Below the pieces are notes generated by a model. It saw nothing but the letters and a program-made list of their open reading frames with translations, did not search any database and was not told where the DNA came from. Both the position numbers and the translations under genes were made by a program. Below, piece after piece: positions 26,638-38,700 of a stretch of 64,000 nucleotides of DNA. Positions within the stretch are counted from its first letter, which is position 1. The number at the start of each line of letters is the position of its first letter. Origin of the DNA: Mayamaea pseudoterrestris (lineage: Eukaryota). The stretch lies in contig BROI01000002.1 in NCBI GenBank assembly GCA_027923505.1, forward strand, positions 186,001-250,000, read 5' to 3'.

Positions 26638-29600
26638 TTAGCGAAGCAACAGGAACGAATGCACTTCGTTAACAAACTCTTCAAAGAGCGTCTTAAACCG
26701 TGATCGCACCATACGCCCCTCATAGCCTCCTTCTCCAGCCCTTTTAACCATATCAGGCTGTACCAGCTTGCAAAATGCAGATTGCAATCGGATGCGCTGC
26801 TGCTCGTCGGCTACTTGATTCACTAGGCCTTGCATGAGAGTTCCAAATCCATTCACATCAACCGCGACGAGGAAAAGGAAGGCCAGTCCAGCAGGTTCGA
26901 TACGGTCCACGACCACGTTTTGAAAGACAACCTCGGTAAGTAGCCGTTTCGTGCAATTGGAGAAAATGTCAGGGTGCTGCGCCAAATGCGGCGCTATGAG
27001 CTGCGGGTTCTTGAGACATTCTCTGGGTATGCTCGCAAGGCTATGGAGTGAACACTTGGCCACGTGTGCATCTTGATACTTCATGCCGAACAAGATGGAC
27101 TCCATGAGAGCGTGAAACACCTCGTACGGCAAGGAGCAAACCTTTTCTGGATACGTATCCATCATGTAAAACACGAGCTCGAAGAAGGTGGTACAAAGTG
27201 AAGGGAACTGCAAAAGTCCTTCACTCATAAGAGGGAGTATCTTTTCCAAACCGTAAAACACCATATCTGTGACTTGTGCGGAATCCACACCTTCCGCACT
27301 GCTGCAGGCATCTATAAAATCTTTGGTGCCAAGATTGACGAGTAGCTGGAGAACGCATAAAATGTCGCTGTATGCCTGCTCCTCATCTGCCGTCGCCTCC
27401 GTACTGGCCTTTCGTTTGATGACTCGATGCTGAATATGATTGGCGGAATAGCTTTTAAGAGCTTCCGCCACAGCTGCGAACAATGCAAGACATTGGTCGC
27501 GATTTAGCATGACAATGAATTGCTCAGTATAATCCCTGAAGAAACGCAACACATTTTCGCTCACGGACAAATCCGTGCTATAAAACGTCACGAGACCAGT
27601 GAGCTGAGGTAGAAAAGGCGTCAGGAACTGCGGCACACGCTCCGCATCAGTCATTTGACTGGCATGAGCGATTCCACAAAACATCTCAATGCAAAGGGAT
27701 GCCATTTCTTTGGCGTCCAAATCGTCGGGTCCAAATTGTTTCGCGGCAAGTGCATTCACAAGGGATGTAAATCCGTCATGCACTACTTTCATCGATTCGG
27801 TAATCATGGCGTTTGCCGTGTTGTCGGTGGTATCGCTGCACGCCACAAGAATGACGGTCAGTATCCCCGCCTTGTCATTGTACGGAAGTCGTTGGTATCC
27901 CCAGACGAGATTCAATAAATGAAGCTGATCTTGACCAAGCTTCGTTTTAATGATAGCATCAAACTCTGCATGTGATGCAAAGTGGCGCATGTCACCCGTA
28001 AGGCAGTGGAAACGGACCAATTGTTGAAATGAGGGCGATGCCACCAGAGCTTGCCGAACAGGACCAGTCTTGTCGGCAAACGACTGGAGAAGAGAACTGG
28101 CGCTCGCTTGCAATATCTTCTCTTGCGGCCAAAAACACTGATATTGAAGACACAAGTCAACGCAAAAGCTAATAATTTGCTGTGCGCTCTCAGAGTTGGA
28201 CCAATTTTGGAGCAACAGGCTGTTGCGGCTAGATTCTCCATCAGAAGGATAAACATATGCAGGCGCCCAACGACGGAAAAACCACAAAAAAGAGCGTGAT
28301 AACATCGGGGACAGTCGCAGATTGTTGGGATTGGAAGCTATTTTCTTGGCTTGCGCGTCGGCAAACTGCACCATGGCATTCACAGCACCAGCAATTTCAA
28401 TGGTCAGATTAGGATATCGGTCGGCGGCGATGACAATTGCATCAGGTATTGCAGCCTTTTCTCCCTTGTTTTCGTCTGTTAACAAATGGCAAGCAAACAT
28501 GGACAACATTCTAGCTTCCTCGAGCAATGCTGCGATTTCAGCGCTCACATTACCAGTGCCCTCCCAAAATGCTTGGAGCTTGGGCATTGTTTCACCAAAC
28601 CTAGCGGATAAGCATGCAAGTGCCAACGACAAATTTAAGCGACCCATAGATGAGACTGCTGTGAGTTCCTCGTCCATACTACCTTCCAGTATATCTTCCT
28701 TCAGCTCATCAAGGTCTTCCTCATGCGTCACTTGGTAATGCTCCTCGATCGCCGCCATTTTAGTGCGACAGCTTACAAAGGCTTCATAGAGTGGACCCAA
28801 AACCTGTGAAAGTGACTCGCACGCGTGTTGTCGACTCTCGTCAGTGCCAGTATAAAGCAACCAGGGATCCCCACAAAGTGTCACGCCACATTCGACGACT
28901 ATTGAAATGATACCCTCTCTCCAATCATAGAATTGCATGCCGTCTATGTCACCTTGTGCTTGTTGACAATCTAACAGTTGATCATGCAATACTGTCATAC
29001 CAATGCTTGCTAGACCCTGCAGCAATGAAACGAGCGTCGGCTGCAGCTGCAATTCCATTAGAGTAGCAAGTCGAAAGTTGAAAACGATGCGTGAAATAAT
29101 CCCAAGCGTATCAGGCAGTAAAGCGCTCTCTGGCAGCATGACACCAGGCGACTGCAGCAATTGCAGCGAACCTTGCAGCAAACACTCAGCATATTGTCGC
29201 TTAATATCATCGGCTTGGACAAACATGGGACCCGCCAAGCTCGCCAACTGAAGAATTAATTGTCGAAGCAGCATGGCCAATGGCGATGACTCTGACTGAG
29301 CTGCCATGACTCGCGCATGCGTTTCAAAGACGGCGCGCACCAACTCGGGTCGTGCCAAGTGCTCCTTCCACTCAATCGGCGGTCGCAGCAGCGTCCGCGT
29401 CAAACTCGCCAGCGCTCCAAAGCTGCTCGTCGACCAGGCTGCCAAACCAAACTCCCACGTCAAGATGTCAATGACGAGCTGAACAACGGCAAGAGTTTGC
29501 TCCGGTAATGTTAATGCTGTAGATTGATTGTTGTTTAATACTTGTGAAACCACTTGCTCCAACGCTTTCAACGCCATGTTTAAACACTGCAACAAATGCT

Positions 29601-30264
29601 TTTTTTCAAAGATGGAATGGACCTTCTGATGAAACTCGAGCGGCAGGCGGTAGCTGACGGCCGATTTGCCACTCATTTCGCCAATCAGCTGACTGCAAAA
29701 TAGTGCGGCCAATGTAGGATTCACTTGGAACCAGTGCTGCTGCAAATAGTTCAGCAAGTCATCGGGCGTTGATAGCAGTGGTGGTAGCTGAAGGTTGGCA
29801 GTAATTTGCTGCAGCAACGCTTGCTCCATGGGATTTTGAACGGCACTCATTGCAATATCAATTGCTGCAGCAGCATCATCCTTCCAAGCGCGCTTCCAAA
29901 GGACGACTGACGTGTTTAAGCAAGCCAACTGAAGGGTGCGACTAAATTGGAACTTTTGCTCAGCCATGCTTATGAAAGATCCTCGAAGAACCGTCATTAA
30001 AGGACTCGAGCACGATCTCTGATACTTCCATAGCAAGACTTGTCGACAACCGGTAATGCAGTGAAAGAGTAACTCCTCATCTCGGGTTTGAAACTCGACG
30101 AGGCATCGAAGAAACAGCCAATCCGCATCGCCCGACTGGCGCAGGTATTCAAGGGCGGCATGCGCCACGGCTATACGATTGTTGGGATCAATATTGGTAA
30201 CATTTGGAGGAAGGACTGTCAAAAAGTGCTGTAGTTGCTGCGTGGCGGATGATAAAGAAGTCAT
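26638..30264 (-). CDS. XPO4: Exportin-4-like karyopherin
   Basis: Helical ARM/HEAT-like ORF of about 1200 aa with LPLEFHQKVHSIFE, LGTKDFID and VFYGLEKILPLMSEGLLQFPSLC..FF motifs, ending FEEFVNEVHSFLLLR. Confidence 0.8.
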   Translation of the reverse strand: MTSLSSATQQLQHFLTVLPPNVTNIDPNNRIAVAHAALEYLRQSGDADWLFLRCLVEFQTRDEELLFHCITGCRQVLLWKYQRSCSSPLMTVLRGSFISMAEQKFQFSRTLQLACLNTSVVLWKRAWKDDAAAAIDIAMSAVQNPMEQALLQQITANLQLPPLLSTPDDLLNYLQQHWFQVNPTLAALFCSQLIGEMSGKSAVSYRLPLEFHQKVHSIFEKKHLLQCLNMALKALEQVVSQVLNNNQSTALTLPEQTLAVVQLVIDILTWEFGLAAWSTSSFGALASLTRTLLRPPIEWKEHLARPELVRAVFETHARVMAAQSESSPLAMLLRQLILQLASLAGPMFVQADDIKRQYAECLLQGSLQLLQSPGVMLPESALLPDTLGIISRIVFNFRLATLMELQLQPTLVSLLQGLASIGMTVLHDQLLDCQQAQGDIDGMQFYDWREGIISIVVECGVTLCGDPWLLYTGTDESRQHACESLSQVLGPLYEAFVSCRTKMAAIEEHYQVTHEEDLDELKEDILEGSMDEELTAVSSMGRLNLSLALACLSARFGETMPKLQAFWEGTGNVSAEIAALLEEARMLSMFACHLLTDENKGEKAAIPDAIVIAADRYPNLTIEIAGAVNAMVQFADAQAKKIASNPNNLRLSPMLSRSFLWFFRRWAPAYVYPSDGESSRNSLLLQNWSNSESAQQIISFCVDLCLQYQCFWPQEKILQASASSLLQSFADKTGPVRQALVASPSFQQLVRFHCLTGDMRHFASHAEFDAIIKTKLGQDQLHLLNLVWGYQRLPYNDKAGILTVILVACSDTTDNTANAMITESMKVVHDGFTSLVNALAAKQFGPDDLDAKEMASLCIEMFCGIAHASQMTDAERVPQFLTPFLPQLTGLVTFYSTDLSVSENVLRFFRDYTEQFIVMLNRDQCLALFAAVAEALKSYSANHIQHRVIKRKASTEATADEEQAYSDILCVLQLLVNLGTKDFIDACSSAEGVDSAQVTDMVFYGLEKILPLMSEGLLQFPSLCTTFFELVFYMMDTYPEKVCSLPYEVFHALMESILFGMKYQDAHVAKCSLHSLASIPRECLKNPQLIAPHLAQHPDIFSNCTKRLLTEVVFQNVVVDRIEPAGLAFLFLVAVDVNGFGTLMQGLVNQVADEQQRIRLQSAFCKLVQPDMVKRAGEGGYEGRMVRSRFKTLFEEFVNEVHSFLLLR

Positions 30265-30741
30265 GGTCTCGTTGTATTTATGTTTGTCGAAACTCCTGAA
30301 CAAGCAAGAAACGGCTTGCGCCTGTGAAGGGCTCGCGGAAGCCGTGCAAAGCGCAAAGACTACCCGTGGGAAATAGAAACTCGCTTAATCTCCCTTTTTC
30401 CTGGAATATTCGGTACCAACTGCAGCTCAATGGAAGTCTGAAACTAATGCCAAGGATTACTTGTTAGACGTGTATAGTGCGATGCCCTGTGGCTGGCGAT
30501 CACGCAGCGTATGTTGGACGCGTCGGACCGGCTATGGATTCGGTGTGTCCAGTGCGAACTTTCCGCGCACGGAATGACTCGTTTTCAAATTCGTTGATGA
30601 CCTCTAATGTCGTAGCACGACCGACTGCGACTTTCGCCTCCAGCAGAATTTTGCTCATACTGTAAAACGCGAGACGGCGACGGCGAGACGAGACTGAAGA
30701 CGGCAGAATCAACCACGACCTTCAACACACTCTGCAGCAAC

Positions 30742-32103
30742 ATGTCGAAACGCAAGTCTGATCATTTGGAAATAGCTGCCGTTATCAATGCGGATAGCTC
30801 TCTGAAAACATATACTGTTTTGGGCGCGGGAACGGAAGAAGTCAATGGAGTCTACACGATTTGTCCGGATTTACGAAATGGTCATCCTCATTACAGTAAG
30901 GAGTGCAAATGGAAAGGAAAAGCCGCGACTATCAACCTCTTCTGCCTTGATCAAACGTGGTACATCAGTGTCGTCATTTCATACACGCCAGGTGATTCGG
31001 TTGATTTATTGTATCGTAACTTAAACCCTGCCGACGCTAAGCATCCCATGAGTGACACTCCAGCGTATGGGTGGCAGACGGCTTACCCTGATATCCAATC
31101 GCCAGGCGTATTGCCTGTTCCAATTGTACAGCATAACGACGAGCATCTTTTGAACTGGCGCGTGGATCCTTCCGTCTCGTTTAGCGATTGGACCATTCAA
31201 GTGACAAGCGCTGATGATAGTGCAACCACTATGAAGGAGTATTTCGTGCACAAGAACATTCTCTCGCTTGGAAAATGGCGATGCGAGTATTTTTCGCGAC
31301 TATTTCAAGCGAGATTTGCCGAGACAAAGGATAGAGTCAGCAAAGTTAAGTTACATTCACTTGCAGCGTCGCGTTTCTCAATGTTTCTCGATTTTATTTA
31401 CAACGCCACGCCCAGCATTTCCGCCAGCGACGTTGCGCCGCTGCTCCATTTGGCAGACTATTTTAATTGCAAGCAGATTCGTTGTGATGTCAAACAATTT
31501 CTCTCAAAAGAACGCACAGAATATGCGTTGACTATTGTTTACAATGGAGCCTTGGCCATTGGAAGCGATAGTGCCATGGAAGAATTGGCAGAAGTATGCG
31601 CCAGTCACCTATCCAACATCAAGTCTACATGGGGATTGTATAAGGTTGCTCCAGTTTCTTTCTGGATTCCTGTATTGACAAAAGCTGCGAAAAAATCGCC
31701 AACTGTGGATCGCGCTGTTTTAGCTATTGCGAAGCACCACAAGATCACCAAAAAGGACTTTGATGCACTGACGTGCAACTCCGTGATTCCCCACATAGCA
31801 CCATCATGCGTTTGGGAGTTGCTGGAGTTGGAGTCAAAGTTTGTAACACCACCGCCAGCCGGTGATTTCGATGCCATTGATCTCACTGATCTCCAGGTTC
31901 GATGCTTAAAGACACTCCGAAGGAACCTCAATGCCTGTCGTCGGCAGAATCCGGAAATCATGCAGTACGCTGCTCGGAACCCTCACTTTTGCTTTGAGCT
32001 GCTCAAAACTCATTACCAGATGCAACCCTCTCGTTCCGATGTGAATGAGATTGTTTTAAATGGTATTATTGACGATTCGAGCGATTTTAGTTTGAGTAAT
32101 TAG
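30742..32103 (+). CDS. BTB/POZ domain protein
   Basis: FSDWTIQV...YFVHKNILS...CEYFSRLF...F.E...FLDFIY...LLHLADYF; N-terminal V.GAGTEEVNGVY module. Confidence 0.88.
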   Translation: MSKRKSDHLEIAAVINADSSLKTYTVLGAGTEEVNGVYTICPDLRNGHPHYSKECKWKGKAATINLFCLDQTWYISVVISYTPGDSVDLLYRNLNPADAKHPMSDTPAYGWQTAYPDIQSPGVLPVPIVQHNDEHLLNWRVDPSVSFSDWTIQVTSADDSATTMKEYFVHKNILSLGKWRCEYFSRLFQARFAETKDRVSKVKLHSLAASRFSMFLDFIYNATPSISASDVAPLLHLADYFNCKQIRCDVKQFLSKERTEYALTIVYNGALAIGSDSAMEELAEVCASHLSNIKSTWGLYKVAPVSFWIPVLTKAAKKSPTVDRAVLAIAKHHKITKKDFDALTCNSVIPHIAPSCVWELLELESKFVTPPPAGDFDAIDLTDLQVRCLKTLRRNLNACRRQNPEIMQYAARNPHFCFELLKTHYQMQPSRSDVNEIVLNGIIDDSSDFSLSN

Positions 32104-32916
32104 TAAGTTGGGTTTTTGATACTTGGTTGACAGCTTGCTGCTCATGGTCATGTGGGAAATATTCACTCAAATCTTCTAATAATATAGTTTAATGCGTTTT
32201 GAGAATGTAGCTATCGCTCCTCTTTACCCTTGTGCAGTCCATTATAAATTGAATGACAGGGATTCGGCACATCGTGCGATTGATTCGTTTTAGATTCGCA
32301 AGTGGCTACTTTGCTCACCTAGATCGAGCAGATGAATTCTCGGAGTCCTACGGCCGCTTTAGTGGCATTGGCCGCCACCTCACTCGCTGGGACTCTATTT
32401 TTCGGCAACGCTCAGAGCCCTCACTTTTGTTTTTTGCAGTCGCTCAAGGAGCTCATCTCCGAGCTGGTTTAAGTACATATAGGCTGCGGCTATAGATGGT
32501 TCAGTATCAACGAACCACTCCAGATGTCTTGTACAAGTACCATACTCTGTTATTATTGTCATATTAGAGACTGTCTTCTGTAACGCTCTAGTCGACCGCT
32601 TGCTTTTCAGCCTTATGCAACTGCGATAGTAACATTGTAGGTAACAACGCATTGTACCTAGCTAAAGTCGCACCAGGACTCGTGAAATAGCGGTTGACGG
32701 CCAGACCATTCCAAAAACCGAACGCGCGCGCTTGTTCCTCGAGACTCACAAATTCGACAAGGCGACGTTCCGTCCATCATCACTTTATCGACTTCCACGG
32801 GACCACTTGGCATCACTTCCACAAACAATAACATACAGAGTCAAGTAACTGAGTATATTGTGGACTCGTTATAACAAACCGCAATCTTCAACTCTTTCTC
32901 CTTGATCATTTTTACT

Positions 32917-34074
32917 ATGAAGCAATTTGCAACGATGGATGCAGCAAAAAGCATTCCACCCATGGTTTCGACCGGCATGTACAATACTGCATTGAGTGTC
33001 GTGTCTCCGGACTTGCAGCAATTGGATGCTTCCATGAGCGACTCGTCGACATCGTCGTCGTCTTTGGATTCTGTTCGTCCGGTAGTCCTAGCCGACTCGA
33101 CGAAAATGCAACTCAACCATGGTGACAACAGCTTGCATCATGCTGGCGGCGGTATCAACATGATCAACTATTCAAGCAGCAGCTATAATACGTTTGAAAC
33201 CTGTTCCAACATGCAATTCGACTACTCATTTGGGTTGAACAACAGCATTTCCGACGTTACCCAAGCGGCAGCGACTGGCGATTGGCATGGCATCGAGCTG
33301 TTTGCGACGGCCGTTCTAATGTCACTCAAATCGGCTCCCGTGGCAAACATGAAACCAAAGACAGCAGTCATCAAAATGAAGCAGCTGCCAAAGGCAAGCA
33401 ATGCCATCAAAAAGAAGCAAGCTCTTGTCAAGCAGACTTTGAACAAGTCAAAACACAAGGCTTTACTGCTTCGCAAACCAGTGTCCGCTCATCCCGCGGC
33501 ATCCGCATCGGAACGTCGCTTTCCGCGACATGCCAAGAACAGTTCAATGACCAATACTGCAATCAAGCAACGAGCCAAGGTTGTTTCGCCATTGCCATTG
33601 GAAAGTAGCGTTGATGCCACTCTCAGCACTTCGACAGTCTCGACCTGCCATCGCGACGTTGTTACGCCATTACCATGCCTCTCCCGCCGCCATGCTGCCA
33701 GCAACAAACATGACGACGACGACGCCAGTATCAACTCTAGTAGTAGCAGCACCACGACCAACAAACCTTTTGCTACAACAGTTACCAACAAGGATGTCTT
33801 ATCGGGTCGCGGCAACGGCATTGCCATGCTCTGCGGCAACGTTCGCTTCCGCAAACTGGTCTTTGCGCAGCGCGCCAAATACTCCAAGACGCTGCGCCAC
33901 GAAAAGTCGCAACTGGCGCAAGCCATTATCGACAAGGTGCACGACTACGGCGGTCGATTCTTGGAAAAGGTTGGCGACGGCGACTTGTACCGCATCATGG
34001 ATCATGTTCGCGTGTTGGAAAAGACGAGTCAAGCGCTTCGCGAGCGATGCACTTATACGAGTAAGAAGCGATAG
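32917..34074 (+). CDS. DUF6824-domain putative regulator
   Basis: C-terminal DVLSGRG...GNVRFRKLV...Y...K..LA..II..V...GGRFL...EKTSQALRE after a low-complexity N-terminus. Confidence 0.85.
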   Translation: MKQFATMDAAKSIPPMVSTGMYNTALSVVSPDLQQLDASMSDSSTSSSSLDSVRPVVLADSTKMQLNHGDNSLHHAGGGINMINYSSSSYNTFETCSNMQFDYSFGLNNSISDVTQAAATGDWHGIELFATAVLMSLKSAPVANMKPKTAVIKMKQLPKASNAIKKKQALVKQTLNKSKHKALLLRKPVSAHPAASASERRFPRHAKNSSMTNTAIKQRAKVVSPLPLESSVDATLSTSTVSTCHRDVVTPLPCLSRRHAASNKHDDDDASINSSSSSTTTNKPFATTVTNKDVLSGRGNGIAMLCGNVRFRKLVFAQRAKYSKTLRHEKSQLAQAIIDKVHDYGGRFLEKVGDGDLYRIMDHVRVLEKTSQALRERCTYTSKKR

Positions 34075-34428
34075 GTAATGGATGAATAAGAATACATGAT
34101 CATATAACGAAAGATTGTAATAGTAACACTTTACTTGTTGCTTGATGAATGAGTACATCCACCTGCTAGAGGCGTAGTTGGCCGTACGCGCGAACTCTCA
34201 CAAGACCTGAAGAGCTACAACAAGAGAGCCAATAGTCAAGATTGATCACCTACAGCGTATATATTAGATACGGTATGAATAAAAGCAATGGCTTTCGTTA
34301 TCGTTTACTGCTCTGAAGTTGCATGTGAATAGGCAAAAGTCAGAATGCCGCACCAACCTCGCGTTAAACATTACAGTAGCCAAATTCTCTTCTTCGCCAC
34401 CATCTATTCACTCATGAGCTCGGCCTAT

Positions 34429-34971
34429 CTAAAACGTTCCACCAAGAAACATATTGACGCGCTGCATAATGTAATCTTGCTCCGGATCGTACGGATGCTC
34501 CTTGGAGGGAATTTCCAAAACTGTCGGAATCGTTTCGTGGTAATCCTTCAAAACATGTCGAATATCATTGGCGATATGCTGGTTAATGAGAATGATCCCA
34601 ATATCAGATCGCGTCGTGAATCCTCGAAAGGCTTGCTCAATTTGTGGAAGCTTGGTGTCTTGCTTGACAATCAAAAAGTTGCTGGCCTCGGCAGTTCGAT
34701 GGCCCACGCCCGCCAGCAAAAAGCCAGTGACCGTGTCTTCGTCTCCGATAATTGCAACTAGTTTACCAACGTCCTGTATGTATTGCAGATTTGAAGAAGA
34801 TTGGTGTTTAGAACGGAGCTACGAGTATTTCTTCGCGAGCTGCAGTGAACAATTGCAGCCGCCGCACAACGGCTATTTTCTGCTTTTGCTTGATCCTTTC
34901 CCGACGCAAATTCTGACAGCTACAGTCTCGCTAGTAATTACTATTTCTCTTCGTTCTTGGCTACATACCAT
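34429..34971 (-). CDS. ATP6V1F: V-type H+-ATPase subunit F; first coding exon is ATG only, intron 34968-34774
   Basis: LVAIIGDEDTVTGFLLAGVG...NFLIV...DIGIILINQHIA...IPTVLEIPSKEHPYDPEQD. ATG|GTATGT donor and CATACAG acceptor give MDVGKL. Confidence 0.93.
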
Positions 34972-35734
34972 GATTGTCTATGCTTTGCCTTGCGTTTCCT
35001 TTTCGTTTGCTCGTTGCTATTACTTGCCGCTTGGTTGGAGGCAATGGCGGCGTGGACCCGCCGCTTCTTGATTGGCGATTCGAAGGCGCGCGAGACGAGT
35101 CCCGGTCATGACATCATCACGACTCACCAGTCCCGCTCGTGACTTGCGCACGGCGAGTCCACCAACACAAAACATCAAGCGTTCTGGCTGCCGACTTGTC
35201 AAAATTCACTCGTCCTGTCGCTTGATCCTGTGCTGCAAGTGTTCAAATTCTGATATGTTATTGCTTGTCAAGTACCTTTAGAAACGTGTACAGTTTTTGA
35301 ATTGAAAATAATATGGTAAGCCCGCGAGACGAATTGTTGAACACTGCTGCACTGCGCGCTGCAACGTAACCGCGATTCGACCCTCCACATCATGTGAAAT
35401 AATCTTGCAGTTGCTATTTCTTCTTTACAATACGTTTGTTTTATCATGATTTGATCATTATTGAGTTAAATATTCGTTTCTCACCCTTTAAACATGCTCA
35501 TTTTGCTGCCTGCAGATGCTCCAGAACCCGCAAGGATGGGCGGCTCGCCCTCGTGTACACTCTGGTGCACAGTCAGCCTGCGACGACGACCATGACGTCG
35601 ATTGACGGTTTGGAATTGTTCCTCGCTCTGGCTAGCTAATCCTGCACGACCAATTATTGCAACAATGTTTTACAACTGATTTCTCCCAGGTAAGAGAGTA
35701 GAATTAATTAGTGTGTCTAGTGCTGTGGTCAGGT

Positions 35735-38700
35735 CTATTTACTACCGTGCTTTTTCGAAATAAGACTCTTACGCCGCCGATCTTGCTGTTGCTCCTTGCG
35801 TTTCTCAAAGTATGCAGCAATCTTTTCCTTCATGACATCTAAAATCGCCTGATGGTTGCCCAATACTGTCTCGTCGGTCAAGTCTTCCTCAGTGTCCGAC
35901 TCGCCCTCTTCCAAAACAACGCTATCGACTCGACGGCACGATGGCGCCCGAATGACATTGGGTCGAAGATTGGCGGAAGCAAGTGATGCTGCCACGGACG
36001 GATCCTCCTTTGTCTTGTGTCGCGACTGCACTTCGACCTTTTGAAATATGCCAGCTACTTCGGCCCAATTGATTTCTTGTGTACTGCGAGGAACGGCGTC
36101 TTCCTTCTTGTCACTAGCGGCGGACGAGGAAGCATCTACCGGTGCAACAACTTGAGCTGCAAGGGGAGGCGACAAGGCAGCAGCAGCATCAACAGCGCGC
36201 CTCGACTTTTTCATGCTGCGCGGTTCGCCACTCCGGGAACTCAAGGCCACAGACAAGGACCTTACTACTTCACCGCGGCGATGCAAACCATATGGAGTGT
36301 TTTGAACATGGTTTGGTTGCCAGGCGACTGGATCGCAAACATGTCTTGGTTCATACTGAGACCAAGCTCCTGCTTGAGCCGATCCTGTTCCGGGAGGCAC
36401 CTTTAAATCTGAAAGTGAAGGCCGTCGTTTCTTGGAGTCGACTCGGGGGGACATACCTTCCATCTTCACTTGCGCCGTCGGTACAGTCATGGCAATGTTT
36501 GGATCAACGTATGGACCAAAATCTGGAACTCCGCCTCGAATGTTGTTGCGATCTTGAAGCTTTTTGAGCGACTTGTGCAACATGGCTCGCGCATGCGCTC
36601 GTCGCATCAAGTCGCTTCCATTGAGTCCCATGGTATACCCGTTTGGCGGCTTGCAAGGATCTTCCCAAGCGTCACCGTCACCACTCAGTATGTCATGCGG
36701 CATCATTGAGCACGATTTCGTTGTTTCCGCATCTTGAACTGCTTCAAAGAGCTTGTCGTGACCTAGTATTTCACCGGCACGAATGACGGAGCTCGTATAT
36801 GCATTGGCAAACGCTTCATTCATCGTGGTGTTTCTGGCCATGAGGTTAGCCAGCATGGTGCGCTCCTGGGCTTTGGTTCGCAATGCACACAAACGCAGCT
36901 CGTCGAGGTAATCAAGATGGTTTTGGAATTGTGGAATAGCTTTGTTAAGATGGTCGTTTATGAAAATTTTGTCAATCAAGGCCTTGTTCACAGCTATTAC
37001 GGTGCAAAGCTCGACTTGACGATTATTACACGGCGACCCGGATTCGGTCAATGCCGAAGCCGCATTCGCTTGCTTCTGAGTCACCGCATTCTTTCTCGCA
37101 TCGTTATACTCGACAAGCGGACCCGCTCCCGCGTTCGACTGTTCAATAAACTCGAATGCCAACGCCCGCGTCGAAGTATCGACAGTTGCTTGAATGAGCC
37201 ATTTGCACTCTGGGTCAACGTCGACGCGTCCACTCTTTTCAAAAGCCCTTTGAAAGCAGTCCTCATGGTTTGCCCACAGCCAAACGAGGATGTTGGCAAC
37301 TATAAGATCCCGCGCAACATTTGGAAGTGGCTGCTTGCTGACGCTCTTGTACACCGGCGACCCGAGTCTTTCCTTGATAGCGTGTGCGATGAGCGTTTTT
37401 GGTATTGGAACAGCAGCACCTAACGCCATGAGGTATTCAATTGCTGCTGCTTGGACTTCGGACGAACATGATAGTGGTTGTATCTCACTGAACCGGCCAT
37501 TCTTTATCATGTCAGCTTTTGCTTCAGGTAAAGATGCCGGCTCATCTGGTTCAACAAAATGCAGCCCAGTATCTCCAGAGATCCTCACAGCTGGAGGCGC
37601 TGGTAATGGTGCCTTACTCTCAATGACCGGCTGACTAGAAGCTTGCGCTCTGCTGTTATCCAAGTTTCCCATACGCCGTTCGCTTGATGCTGCATCCCCT
37701 GGAGATGGTCGAGGCAATATCTCAATGTTGCTTTTAGGACCATTGCCACCACCAGGTATGGATATGGACATATCGGACGTCGGCACGCCGTGCTGTTGTG
37801 ACATGTTTGGATACACCCCTGGGATCGTCGACTGAGGAAACAATGCGCCCATAACTTGTCCTACATGCGAATAGCCTTGTTGGCCTATCTGATGTTGCTG
37901 TCCAGCAAACATTGAGGAAAACTGATGTGGCATATGAGGAAGCGGTTGTATTTGCGTTGGAAATTGGTTAAAGCCAGCTATGGCTCCCATGTGGTGCTGA
38001 TTACCGAACTGCGGCATGGCCATGTGGTTGTATGAGTCTTGAAGCTGTTGCGCATTGTATGACTGAGGAAGGGGCGGAGGAGCAGCAACGACAGCAGCAG
38101 ATAGAACTGAGTGTTGCTCGTTGATATTCAATACAGGATTGGATAGTCGGGATCGCGACGAAGATGAGGCAACCGCAGCACTTGACGAACTTGTATCAGA
38201 ATGTTTTCGCTTGCTGCCAGTCCTCATTTTGTTTTTCGCCACTTGACTATCGAGCTTCTCCTCTTTCTTCTCGATCTTCTTTTCAGCTGATGAAAGAAAT
38301 TGATCCATGAGTGTCGTATTTTGTCCTTTGACTCGTTCTTCCATCATATGACGAATCGACTTAAGATCATCAGACCAGATGCTACTTTTCTCATCTAGCA
38401 GCGGAGGCAGCAATTCACGCTCTACAATTTGTTTCGTAGCGGTAAACAGTCCAAGTGATTCCAGTACCGAAAATGTTAACATTGGATCAATGGAAGAATC
38501 AGGCGACGGCTCGTCAGATACTGGTCGTGGCGGTGGTGGAAGCATATCTGCCTCGGACGTTGCCGCACCAGCTGTCTTTTTCGTAGTACGTCGACTTGCT
38601 GATGCAGTCTCTATTCGCTTTTGCAGCTTGTTGAGACCTAGCTGAAGCTGTATTTTTGAAACACCATTTGGCTCGTCGTTGAAAAGTTGCAGTATATTGG

